Source: a virus. Taken from it: 36,017 nucleotides of DNA. Of this stretch, positions 15,636-24,206 are shown piece by piece. Below the pieces are notes generated by a model. The model saw nothing but the letters and a program-made list of their open reading frames with translations, did no database searches and was not told the DNA's origin. The stretch lies in the IMG/VR virus record IMGVR_UViG_3300045988_158494; one strand, given 5' to 3'. A program made the position numbers and the translations under genes. Each line of letters starts with the position of its first letter. Position 1 is the stretch's first letter.

Positions 15636-15636
15636 T

Positions 15637-16761
15637 ATGAACGCAAACATGGTTATATGCAGAAACGAGGTTGTCATAGAGGGGGAAAACGTAGGTCAAT
15701 TCGAGAGCTTCAAACTGCAATCGAACAGTCGTACCTTCGGAGACTCCGCTACGCTCGTTCTTCCGCTTTACGCGCTCGGCGTCGTTCAGTCCGGGGAGGC
15801 AAGAAACCGTGTGAGGAGCGTTTTCAAAGCTAACGTCATTAAACCCACGGCCCTCGTAGAGGTGTTTATGTGGTACGACGGAATGGAGAAAATACGAGTG
15901 TTCCGTGGGTTTATTGAGCACGTCGGAGAGGGTTTCCCCACCGTGTTGTACCTTCGGGACTTCACGTTTATGCTTCGATTCGGCTCTATGCAGAAGGGGT
16001 GGAACGGTAACGTAACGCTTCAACAAATGGTGAATGACTGCATACCTGTTGCTACGGAAGCGTTTAAGAAGGAGAGAGAGGTAATGGGGCTGTCATCCGA
16101 CGTACCTACTTTGTACTGCGAACCGAACGATAAGGTTGTGCAGGCTACAACGACCCCTATCCCAGCGGTGAAGTTTGCGGTGGGCCGATCCCCGTACGAG
16201 ATTATGCAGTACTTAATGCAGTACTTCATGATGTGGGCCGGGGTAACAGAAGATGGTGGCGTGTTCATAGGTGCGGGCGTGGACGACAAAGACAGAATCC
16301 CCGTGACGGAACTCGATACGAGATACAACGTAGTAGGCCGAGACATCGTTCCGATTGACGGAAGATTTGTAGACTACAACGTAGTGGTTAGCGGGTTGCT
16401 CGAAAACGGTGAGCGGTATACGTATACGGCGGGCATCAAAAACTCTCGTACTACCGACCAACGTACGCAGTTTGACAAAAAGTACGGGGAGCCCGTACGA
16501 GCGTGGTGTAACCTCCAGTCAAAAGAAGGCATCGAGAGCTTCGCGGAACGTGCTTTGCAGCACCAAAAAGGGTTCCGAAACAAAGGTCGACTAACCCTGT
16601 TGTTGTACCCTAAAGTGAATATCCTCGACTCGATCGTGTACCACGATTCTCTCTTCCCGGAGTTATCCGGAACGTATTACGTTTTGGGGTATAACTTGAC
16701 GGCTAACGACAGCGGCTATTTCCAAACGCTCGAAGTTACCGACCAAATTTATATGCTATGA
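15637..16761 (+). CDS. Baseplate hub protein (gpD/XkdQ-like by synteny)
   Basis: 374 aa, in the conserved position before the spike gene. Confidence 0.5.
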   Translation: MNANMVICRNEVVIEGENVGQFESFKLQSNSRTFGDSATLVLPLYALGVVQSGEARNRVRSVFKANVIKPTALVEVFMWYDGMEKIRVFRGFIEHVGEGFPTVLYLRDFTFMLRFGSMQKGWNGNVTLQQMVNDCIPVATEAFKKEREVMGLSSDVPTLYCEPNDKVVQATTTPIPAVKFAVGRSPYEIMQYLMQYFMMWAGVTEDGGVFIGAGVDDKDRIPVTELDTRYNVVGRDIVPIDGRFVDYNVVVSGLLENGERYTYTAGIKNSRTTDQRTQFDKKYGEPVRAWCNLQSKEGIESFAERALQHQKGFRNKGRLTLLLYPKVNILDSIVYHDSLFPELSGTYYVLGYNLTANDSGYFQTLEVTDQIYML

Positions 16762-17390
16762 AACGAGGATCAATCGCAGAGGCGGCAGGAGAGGAGTTCG
16801 GATCGGAACTTGCACGTATGCTTCGCCGTTTCGTTCTCAAAACCGTTACGATCGAGAGTGTCGATGAGGAGAACAATGCTGCCAACGTTACCATATTTGA
16901 AGGTGACGCACCCATACAAGTGCCCTTGTCACTTTTCAACATAGGTACGGCTAACGTTACGATCGTGCCTACCGTCGGGAGCGTGGCGGTGATAGCCAAC
17001 CCGAATGGAGACGACAACAACCCTCAATTTTTGTGGTTTGAGAGCGTTGACAAAGTGTCGTTCAAACGTGGATCTGTATCGGCTACTCTTCAAGTAGACC
17101 CGGACGACGAATCAAAAGATTCGATCTCCCTATCACTCGGTGAGTCGTCGATAGACGTAACGTCTGACCTCATACAGTTCAACGGCGGGTCGCTCGGGGC
17201 ACTTGTAGCGATAAGCAAGCTCACGGAACGGTTAAATAAACTGAAATCTGAGCTCGATACGCTTCAGAACAACATTGCTACGCACACACACCCGGCCCCG
17301 GGTGGAACCACGTCTACGCCAACGTTTATTAAAGCTAACATATCATCGTTTTCCGATGACGATTACGCTAACGAAAAGATAAAACAATGA
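16758..17390 (+). CDS. Baseplate central spike (gpV-like)
   Basis: 210 aa. The C-terminal motif IATHTHPAPGG is an HxH motif of the kind that binds iron in spike apex domains. Confidence 0.6.
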   Translation: MKRGSIAEAAGEEFGSELARMLRRFVLKTVTIESVDEENNAANVTIFEGDAPIQVPLSLFNIGTANVTIVPTVGSVAVIANPNGDDNNPQFLWFESVDKVSFKRGSVSATLQVDPDDESKDSISLSLGESSIDVTSDLIQFNGGSLGALVAISKLTERLNKLKSELDTLQNNIATHTHPAPGGTTSTPTFIKANISSFSDDDYANEKIKQ

Positions 17391-17689
17391 TAGGTATTAA
17401 ATACGACTTTGACGTAGGAGACGTAGTTATAGGAAACTCCGGGCAGTTTGAAACCGCTACGATAGACAATCAATGCGTCGCTTTGATATCTCTATCGCAG
17501 GTGTGCCGACTGACGTATCTGTACTTTGGTGCGCAGATAGGAGCAAGGCTCGTAAACGTACCTTACAACAGGGTTCAACCTGTACTATCTGACGCGCAGT
17601 CTATGGCTATCAAGGACGGCGCATCTAACGTTGAAGTAAAGGTGTCTAACGGAACGTTAACATTCTACGGTGACTATGGTAACGATTAA
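17387..17689 (+). CDS. Small baseplate-module protein (position of the gp25/gpW-like wedge protein)
   Basis: 100 aa with a 4-nt overlap with the spike gene. No motif recognised. Confidence 0.45.
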   Translation: MIGIKYDFDVGDVVIGNSGQFETATIDNQCVALISLSQVCRLTYLYFGAQIGARLVNVPYNRVQPVLSDAQSMAIKDGASNVEVKVSNGTLTFYGDYGND

Positions 17690-18002
17690 ACAAAATACGA
17701 GCGTCGTAGACGTAGCTTTTAACCTATCCGGCTCTCTGACGGGACTTCCTGCCGTAGTTGAACAACTCCCCGTCGGAGAGCGGGTAGGTTTCGATACTAT
17801 GCCCGAAATGTGGCAAGACGTACCCGACATAGGTCAGACGTGGACACCCGACCTTCAAGGCATGACCCTCGATCTGTCTGTACCTATCTACGACACGCTC
17901 GGGCAGGCGAAAGCACCATATTCTACCAATCTGTTCATGCTTCAAAAAGCGATAACGGATGGTGAAACGTATCTTGAAACATTGTCTAACTTAATAGACT
18001 AA
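17670..18002 (+). CDS. Hypothetical 110-aa protein
   Basis: ATG ORF overlapping the upstream gene by 20 nt. Confidence 0.5.
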   Translation: MTMVTIKQNTSVVDVAFNLSGSLTGLPAVVEQLPVGERVGFDTMPEMWQDVPDIGQTWTPDLQGMTLDLSVPIYDTLGQAKAPYSTNLFMLQKAITDGETYLETLSNLID

Positions 18003-18006
18003 ACGT

Positions 18007-18240
18007 ATGGAAAAAATTATTAACTGGTTTCTGGCTTCTAACCGATGGCTTCACATCCTCGGTTGTTTCATTCTTTCCCTCGCTTTCGGTTGGCAGGCCG
18101 GAGTAGGAGCTATGTTCGCCACGGAGGTGAAAGACGTTCAGTATGCAAAGAGCATCACGGCGTGGGACTGGATCGACGTTCTTTGCAACGGCATCGGTAC
18201 CGTCCTCGGAGGGTTGTGCCACTTTTTAATCTTCCGATAG
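18007..18240 (+). CDS. Small membrane protein, holin candidate
   Basis: 77 aa with two hydrophobic segments (WLHILGCFILSLAFGWQAGVGAMFA and WIDVLCNGIGTVLGGLCHFLIF), immediately upstream of the M15 peptidase. Confidence 0.5.
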   Translation: MEKIINWFLASNRWLHILGCFILSLAFGWQAGVGAMFATEVKDVQYAKSITAWDWIDVLCNGIGTVLGGLCHFLIFR

Positions 18241-18241
18241 T

Positions 18242-18649
18242 ATGGCCGAATTTTTTACGTTGGACGAACTGACGCATTCCAACACAGCGAAGTCCCGGGG
18301 GATAGATAATACCCCCGGGCCGGAGGAAACGAAACGTTTAAAGTACTTAATGGACCACTGCCTCGACCCCATCAGACGAGCGTGGGGCAAACCTATAACT
18401 GTAAACAGCGGGTACAGGTGTAAGGCGCTTAACGCTGCGGTTGGTGGTGTAGCGAACTCGCAGCATCTTCGGGGGGAGGCGGCCGACATTACTACGGGTA
18501 GTGTGGAAGGAAACCGTAAGCTATTTGAAATGATCGCTTACGGTGCGTTTGATTACGATCAAGTAATCGACGAAAAAGGGTACAGCTGGGTACACGTTTC
18601 GTGTAAAGAGAACAGCATAGGTAACAGAAAACTCGCTATTCATTTGTAG
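18242..18649 (+). CDS. Peptidase M15 (D-Ala-D-Ala carboxypeptidase-type) cell-wall hydrolase; endolysin or virion lysin
   Basis: SGYRC..LN...SQHLRGEAADI ... SWVHVS gives the H-D-H zinc ligand pattern of the Peptidase_M15 family. Confidence 0.85.
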   Translation: MAEFFTLDELTHSNTAKSRGIDNTPGPEETKRLKYLMDHCLDPIRRAWGKPITVNSGYRCKALNAAVGGVANSQHLRGEAADITTGSVEGNRKLFEMIAYGAFDYDQVIDEKGYSWVHVSCKENSIGNRKLAIHL

Positions 18650-18650
18650 T

Positions 18651-19451
18651 ATGGGAGCCGTGTCTACTATTATGGCGGCGTTACAAGAACTGCTGCCATC
18701 CTTTGCTAAAAGCAACGGTTCGATCGAAGCCAAAATCATCGACGTGGTAGGCACGTTCGCCGATACGGAAAAGATCGAAAGAGAGAATACGCTGGCCGCT
18801 ATAAACGCAGCCCTCGCGTCGCAAAAAATTACGACGGTAGAATACTACCGTCGTAAAGCCGTTGCGTTTCAACTCGGAGACAATTTGGTGTACGACCCTG
18901 TAAATCAAGGTGGGTACTACGAGGTGGTAAACGAGGAGAACCAAATCGTGAAGCAAGCGTATATAGTTGGTGATTACCCGTTGTTCACGCTTCTTGTAAA
19001 CAAGATAGGCACCGACGGGCACCTTACTACGTTAACGTCCGATGAGTTGGCCTCGTTTAGAACGTACTTTCAAGCATTTCAGCCGCTGGGTTTGAACCTT
19101 AATATCGCCTCTCTTCAAGTAGCGAATATCACAGACCCCGGTATAAAGATCTACGTACGATCCGGATCTGACGCGTCTACCGTAGCCTCGGAGATTAACG
19201 CTAACCTAAAGGCGAATGAGTCTGTACTGCGACCCACAAATACCGTATCTATGTCCGAAATCTCGGACGTGATACAGAAACAGTCAGACGTTTTGGCTAT
19301 CGGCTTCAGCTCGTCTCTCATGGCCACGGAACAGCAACTGGACGGCTCTACGAAGCAGATTTTCCCGTCGGAAGGTCTGTTCAAGCTGACCAACGGGGCG
19401 TTTACGTTCGGGACGGAGATAACGGTGAATATGATTAAAACGTTGCAGTAA
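18651..19451 (+). CDS. Baseplate J-like wedge protein (by synteny)
   Basis: 266 aa, between the wedge/lysis genes and the fibre genes. Confidence 0.45.
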   Translation: MGAVSTIMAALQELLPSFAKSNGSIEAKIIDVVGTFADTEKIERENTLAAINAALASQKITTVEYYRRKAVAFQLGDNLVYDPVNQGGYYEVVNEENQIVKQAYIVGDYPLFTLLVNKIGTDGHLTTLTSDELASFRTYFQAFQPLGLNLNIASLQVANITDPGIKIYVRSGSDASTVASEINANLKANESVLRPTNTVSMSEISDVIQKQSDVLAIGFSSSLMATEQQLDGSTKQIFPSEGLFKLTNGAFTFGTEITVNMIKTLQ

Positions 19452-19912
19452 TGTTTAAATACATAGACATGCCGAAACTCGTGGCTTTATACCTCCGCGA
19501 GTTCTCTCTACGAAAAGACGGAGAGACGTCCGTACTGTTCAAATTTATCTTTTGCCTTTGCCTTCCGTTCATATCTCGAACGTTCCGCAAGGCGAGATTG
19601 ATTGCTTTGGCTATCGCCGAATGCACGGATAGCCAAGATCAGATCGTCCGGCTTCTCGAAAAAATAACAGGTGTGACCGTTGAGATCATACCCGAATACT
19701 CGGATTACAGCGTTCAGTACGATGGTACAGACGAAGTACCCGAGTTCTCGTACGACGGCACGTCCGACACACCTGTTATACCTTACAACCCCGTCGATAA
19801 CGCTGGGATCATAAACATAACTCTCAACGGGGCCTCGCAGACGGAAGTGGAAGGGTACGTATCGCTACTCATACCTTTTTATATCGCATCACACGTAAAC
19901 TACATTCAGTAA
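19451..19912 (+). CDS. Baseplate/fibre-attachment protein (gpI/XkdU position)
   Basis: 153 aa. Its stop overlaps the next start (TAATG). Assigned by synteny only. Confidence 0.4.
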   Translation: MFKYIDMPKLVALYLREFSLRKDGETSVLFKFIFCLCLPFISRTFRKARLIALAIAECTDSQDQIVRLLEKITGVTVEIIPEYSDYSVQYDGTDEVPEFSYDGTSDTPVIPYNPVDNAGIINITLNGASQTEVEGYVSLLIPFYIASHVNYIQ

Positions 19913-20919
19913 TGTCCGGAATTAAGACAATCAATTCAGCAAATCCGGGCCTCAAAAGACCGTTCAGACTTTCGGATTTGCAAAACGTATGGGATGGTCT
20001 CACCGAGGCTCTCGCGTCGGAGACGCTTAATAGCGCCACGCCTATCAAGATCGTAAGCGGTCTGCACGTAATCGGGGGTGAACTTTCCCCCGGGGTGATT
20101 GCTTACAAGGGTAAGCTGTACTACTACGAGGGGGAGACCGACGATAATGGCGGGTTCTCCGAGGACCACGATATGTACGTTGCGACAATTGACGGTGGTG
20201 ACAGAACTTTGAGCACGGGGCTCGTTCAGCCGTTTGACTTCAACAACGTTATCCGAAACAGCAAAGTTAATGACGGAGCTGTACTCATCATTTCGAACGT
20301 AACGGAGAACACACTCTCTCAATACAGGTACGTCCCTAACGTGAACGGTAGCGCTATTGAGAACGGCACTATTAACACGGAAAAACTCGTAAATATGTCC
20401 GTAACCACGGATAAGATTGACGATGCAGCCGTTACGATGGATAAAATTGCGAATCAAGCCGTAGGTAATTCTCAAATAGTTGAGGGGTGTATTGACGAGG
20501 ATAAACTGGACCTCTCCTGCGTAACGACCGAAAAGATAGCCGACAGTAGCGTTACACCCGTTAAGTGCAGCGCCGCTCCGTTTGTACGTTCGGGAGTTAC
20601 CGTATACATCGGTAATTGTCGCATCAACGTTACGGGTCTGTTCATCGTGATGTTGCAGCCCACGCAGACGAATATAACGTTCGGGCCGTCAATACCGGGG
20701 GTGGTACACATCATCGCAAGGAATACAACGAACCAAGCTATAGCAGTACGACTTAGCAGTCCTACTGGCGTAGCTAACTACGGAGCGTTCTCCGCTCCTT
20801 CGAACTCCCAGTACGCCATAACTGTGAGGTTTACCACCGGGTGGCCCAATACGGTGGTAGAGGCGAGAAAACTTGACTTCTTCCAAACGTTCCCGCTTCC
20901 CGGTCAAGGAATCGGATAA
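19912..20919 (+). CDS. Tail fibre / receptor-binding protein
   Basis: 335 aa and the last gene of the virion arm. It has the fibre repeats INTEKLVNMSVTTDKIDDAAVTMDKIANQAVG...VTTEKIADSSVTPVK. Confidence 0.7.
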   Translation: MSGIKTINSANPGLKRPFRLSDLQNVWDGLTEALASETLNSATPIKIVSGLHVIGGELSPGVIAYKGKLYYYEGETDDNGGFSEDHDMYVATIDGGDRTLSTGLVQPFDFNNVIRNSKVNDGAVLIISNVTENTLSQYRYVPNVNGSAIENGTINTEKLVNMSVTTDKIDDAAVTMDKIANQAVGNSQIVEGCIDEDKLDLSCVTTEKIADSSVTPVKCSAAPFVRSGVTVYIGNCRINVTGLFIVMLQPTQTNITFGPSIPGVVHIIARNTTNQAIAVRLSSPTGVANYGAFSAPSNSQYAITVRFTTGWPNTVVEARKLDFFQTFPLPGQGIG

Positions 20920-20959
20920 AAGAAAAGACGTACGAGTTGATTCGTACGTCTTTTCTTTT
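20918..20959. terminator. Bidirectional intrinsic terminator between the convergent arms
   Basis: A perfect 18-bp stem, AAAAGAAAAGACGTACGA (20918-20935) with TCGTACGTCTTTTCTTTT (20942-20959), and loop GTTGAT. The A/T runs give U-tracts on both strands. Confidence 0.85.
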
Positions 20960-21275
20960 ATACCCACATGCCATCAAACGCTTCAACGAGCTTTTCTATC
21001 TCGAAATCCGTTTCGATCTCATACGGGTAGTCATCTTTACTGTATGTCTCAAATTCGAATTGTCTTACCACCACACGTTTTATCAGATAGTTAGTAGTGT
21101 CGGGGCAAACGTGGCTTTCAAAAGATATGAACGCTGACAGAGACATAAAAATATTTACGTCCCCGTCTTCCAACTCTACGACGGCATCTATCGACCCGTC
21201 GTACCAAGCCGCACCCTCTATAAAAAGGCGTGCTAACGACTGATATACGCTATCAGTTACGTGAAATGTCTTCAT
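20958..21275 (-). CDS. Small strongly acidic protein (105 aa), function unknown
   Basis: ATG ORF with a 4-nt overlap with the SNF2 gene. It is Asp/Glu-rich and is the last gene of the - arm. Confidence 0.6.
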   Translation of the reverse strand: MKTFHVTDSVYQSLARLFIEGAAWYDGSIDAVVELEDGDVNIFMSLSAFISFESHVCPDTTNYLIKRVVVRQFEFETYSKDDYPYEIETDFEIEKLVEAFDGMWV

Positions 21276-22609
21276 TTTACAAAATCTTTTGCATAATTCT
21301 CTTTTTTCCGAAGTATCGACAGAACACGCTCGTCTATCGTACCTCTCGCGATCAAATGTATAATACTAACCGTAGAGGTCTGCCCGCTACGGTGGAGACG
21401 TTTGTTCAGCTGGGCGTACAGCTCGGCGTCGTACGTTAAGCTAAACCACACGAGTACGTGGCCACCAAACTGGAGATTAAGGCCGTGCCCTACGCTCGCA
21501 GGGTGAACAAGAGCCATCGGCATACGACCCTCGTTCCACGATACGACGTCCTCGTCGGTTTCAATCCGCTGGGCCTTCGGAAAGGCTTTTTTCAACTCCT
21601 CGTACTCGCTCTTAAATTGATAGGCCACCAGGACGCCCCCGTCGAAGCCCTCCACGAGCTCCTTCAGCGCCTCGATTTTCTCCCTGTGCGCCGTCACGTA
21701 CGTTTTGTGTTCGTCGTCTGTGTAGACAAACCCCGAGGCGAACTGTCGCAACTTCATACCGAGAGAGGTACGTGAGAAGGCGAGCAGAGTTTTCGCTTCG
21801 CCGCTGTACGCATCTTTACCTGTCTCCTCTCTGTACGTCATGACGTACGACTCTTCGAAGCTGTCATATTTTTCTTTGACGCTCTTCGGCAAGTCGATCG
21901 TCACGTCTTTATACAGACAGTCGGGTAGCTTTACGTCCGCATCGACTACGTATACCACCGATTTAATGTCACGCATGAGCTGCGGTATCTTCGCCGGGTC
22001 GATCTCAAAAATCGTAACGACGCCGTTGACCCTGTACTTTTCACGCATATACCGAGACCGGAACTCTCCGAGCGTGCGGCCGACAGCCTTACCCCCGTCG
22101 AGCAGGAACAACTGGTGCCACAAACCTTCATATCCGTTGTGAATCGGCGTGCCAGTCAGTTCGATACGCCGGGGCACCTTATCGCATATACGTCGGGCTT
22201 CTTTTGAACGCTTCGACTTATGGTTTTTCATCATCGTACTTTCGTCGATAACTACGCAATCCCAACAGCCGTGCGGTATCTCCTCTATCCGCGTCACGCT
22301 ACATACAGCTATGTGGTGTGTAGCAGGTTCGAGAAGGAACAGCTTTACGTCCAAAGCTCTCTCGCAATACCTAACGTTCAGACCAGTTTCGTTCTCCACC
22401 GCTTCCCGCGCCCACACGCTCTGTGCCACACGTTTCGGTGCGATTATTAGTACGTTTTCTACGCACTCTCGTTGGTCGATTATAAGAGCGGCGAGCGCGG
22501 TCAGCGTAGAGATCGTCTTACCTGCGCCCATCGGGGCCACTACGAGGAGGTTCTTTCGTTGAACCTCCTCGGCGACCATGCGTTTTTGATAGTCTCGTAA
22601 TTGAAACAT
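21272..22609 (-). CDS. SNF2/DEAD-like superfamily 2 helicase
   Basis: Walker A is APMGAGKT and the DExx box is VVIDESTMMKN. Other motifs are LTGTPIHNG and the C-terminal helicase motifs GHGLNLQ and LHRSGQ. It is preceded by AAGGAGG. Confidence 0.85.
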   Translation of the reverse strand: MFQLRDYQKRMVAEEVQRKNLLVVAPMGAGKTISTLTALAALIIDQRECVENVLIIAPKRVAQSVWAREAVENETGLNVRYCERALDVKLFLLEPATHHIAVCSVTRIEEIPHGCWDCVVIDESTMMKNHKSKRSKEARRICDKVPRRIELTGTPIHNGYEGLWHQLFLLDGGKAVGRTLGEFRSRYMREKYRVNGVVTIFEIDPAKIPQLMRDIKSVVYVVDADVKLPDCLYKDVTIDLPKSVKEKYDSFEESYVMTYREETGKDAYSGEAKTLLAFSRTSLGMKLRQFASGFVYTDDEHKTYVTAHREKIEALKELVEGFDGGVLVAYQFKSEYEELKKAFPKAQRIETDEDVVSWNEGRMPMALVHPASVGHGLNLQFGGHVLVWFSLTYDAELYAQLNKRLHRSGQTSTVSIIHLIARGTIDERVLSILRKKENYAKDFVK

Positions 22610-22669
22610 AACATCCTCCTTTTACGCAGACGTTACACACGCAGAACGGGCAGTCGTCTACAAAGCAAA

Positions 22670-23056
22670 TCAATGATCCTCGTGCGTTACGATTGTACCT
22701 TTCGACTTACGGCCAGCGAGTTTCTCCAAGTTCATTTCGGCGACCTTGCTCAACGAGTAGCCAAAATGATCCGCGATACCTGCCACGAACCACAAAACGT
22801 CACCAAGTTCGCCCATAAGGCTCGCACGTTTACTTTCCGCTTCGTCGATATGGAAAGTATCAAATACGAGTAGATCGTCCGTTACGTATGCTTCCTTCTT
22901 ACGCTTCCACTTTGCGATCTTGTCGGCGAGCTCTCCTACCTCGGCCACGAGGCCAAAGGCCATATACGTAACGTTGTCACACGAGTCCAACCTCGTGCTC
23001 ATGGCTCGGGTTTGATACTCGTCAAGTCCTTTTACGTGCTGTTCTTTACTCTGCAT
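22670..23056 (-). CDS. mazG: MazG-like nucleoside triphosphate pyrophosphohydrolase
   Basis: The motifs GLVAEVGELADKIAKW and GELGDVLWFVAGIA give the EExxE/D pattern of all-alpha NTP-PPases. The start was chosen at the ATG at 23056, which overlaps the upstream stop by 11 nt (ATGCAGAGTAA). Confidence 0.75.
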   Translation of the reverse strand: MQSKEQHVKGLDEYQTRAMSTRLDSCDNVTYMAFGLVAEVGELADKIAKWKRKKEAYVTDDLLVFDTFHIDEAESKRASLMGELGDVLWFVAGIADHFGYSLSKVAEMNLEKLAGRKSKGTIVTHEDH

Positions 23057-23504
23057 ACGCCCAATCCATAATTGCCCCGTCGAGGAACAGGATGTGATGA
23101 CGAAGTTCAGACGTGAAGGCCGTAAGGTCACTTTCGAACGTAGGATCTACGTCCTTGCCTTCGATGCGGGTATGTATGATAGCAATGACCTTATTGAGCT
23201 CGTCTCGTGTAGTACGCAGAAACTCATCTACGTTATTCTGTGACTCCCGAGACGTTATAGACTTATCCAACTGAACGTATGACGTCTTAGCCCAAATCTC
23301 CGAATCCCACTCGGGGACCTTTCCCAATACACGAACAGTTTCGGCGATCCGATCAGCCCCATCGAGAAGTGTTTTCCACACCTTATCCAACAAGGTATGG
23401 GCCGAATCGAATCCCGATCCGGCAACGAGCCAGTGGCGACCTTTTACGTTAATGGCCACAATCTCAACAGTAGCCAGCATTTTGTTCATTTCAAATTCAT
23501 TCAT
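23046..23504 (-). CDS. Dps-like (ferritin superfamily) protein
   Basis: NVKGRHWLVAGSGFDSAHTLLDKVWKTLLDGADRIAETVRVLGKVP aligns by eye with the Dps core HW.V.G..F..LH.LLDE......D.IAER...LGG.P. The ferroxidase His, His, Asp, Asp and Glu positions are present. Confidence 0.7.
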   Translation of the reverse strand: MNEFEMNKMLATVEIVAINVKGRHWLVAGSGFDSAHTLLDKVWKTLLDGADRIAETVRVLGKVPEWDSEIWAKTSYVQLDKSITSRESQNNVDEFLRTTRDELNKVIAIIHTRIEGKDVDPTFESDLTAFTSELRHHILFLDGAIMDWAYAE

Positions 23505-23509
23505 AGCTT

Positions 23510-23935
23510 TTATTTTTTACGGTAAAACTTTGAGTTCTCGTTCATTTCGTACGTTTTATACGACTGCGCGTACAAATCGTAAAAATTAATCAACCGAGAG
23601 TCGAGTACGTACGTCTCGATCCCGTGTTTTTTAAGCTCTGCCTGCATGGCTACCTGTGCCGCGGAACATTCCTCGCCTGTGGTTTTTGTCTCCACGTAAA
23701 AGGTTCGGCCCGCTACGTGTACGAGGTAGTCGGGAACCCCCTTATTTGTAAGGGGGTGCATTTTGAGGATCATACCCCCGGCTTCTTTCACAACCTCTCG
23801 AAGTCTACGTGCTACGGTAGTCTCGGACACGGGTTTTTCTATGTAGTTTTGCCTACGTCGAAGGGTCTTTGTGATTTTGTAGTCTTTTTCCGCTTTCACT
23901 TTAGCGACCCAGTTATCAACTTTTTTGTTACTCAT
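23510..23935 (-). CDS. VRR-NUC domain nuclease
   Basis: GVPDYLVHVAGRTFYVETKTTGEECSAAQ gives the PD...(D/E)xK and Q pattern of VRR-NUC. The start was chosen at the ATG at 23935, overlapping the upstream stop (ATGAGTAA). Confidence 0.75.
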   Translation of the reverse strand: MSNKKVDNWVAKVKAEKDYKITKTLRRRQNYIEKPVSETTVARRLREVVKEAGGMILKMHPLTNKGVPDYLVHVAGRTFYVETKTTGEECSAAQVAMQAELKKHGIETYVLDSRLINFYDLYAQSYKTYEMNENSKFYRKK

Positions 23936-24206
23936 ACAATAAAAATTTATGGGTGTGTTTCTCGCAATCAATCTCTACGCGTAGAGTAACTACGGGGCAC
24001 ATCGCAGCATTAACTACGTCGTTGTTAAACACAACATCCGTTTCATCTACTATGATAGCCTCGCAGTTTTCAGCTATCGGGTCGTACGTTTCGTAAAACT
24101 CTTCGATAGTCGAAACGCGCTTATCTACTACTCGTTTCCCGTTCGTCGCGAGACGTTGAACGGCCGAAAAGCTATCATACGCTTTCCCGGATATGTTGAG
24201 TATCAT
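23928..24206 (-). CDS. Hypothetical 92-aa protein
   Basis: ATG ORF interlocked with both neighbours. Confidence 0.5.
   Translation of the reverse strand: MILNISGKAYDSFSAVQRLATNGKRVVDKRVSTIEEFYETYDPIAENCEAIIVDETDVVFNNDVVNAAMCPVVTLRVEIDCEKHTHKFLLYE

Noticed and set aside
4013-20919. A diversity-generating retroelement (template and variable repeat) linking the two fibre-repeat genes.
   Set aside because: The similarity is a short peptide motif only. No extended nucleotide identity with adenine-specific differences is visible, and no reverse transcriptase is encoded.
23057-23131. N-terminal extensions offered by the ORF track: 22670-23131, 23510-23971, 33621-34832 and 12173-12595.
   Set aside because: In each case an internal ATG gives a canonical family N-terminus or a short start/stop overlap with the upstream gene. 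The internal ATGs are at 23056, 23935, 34772 and 12251. The extension would overlap the upstream gene or an intergenic structure.
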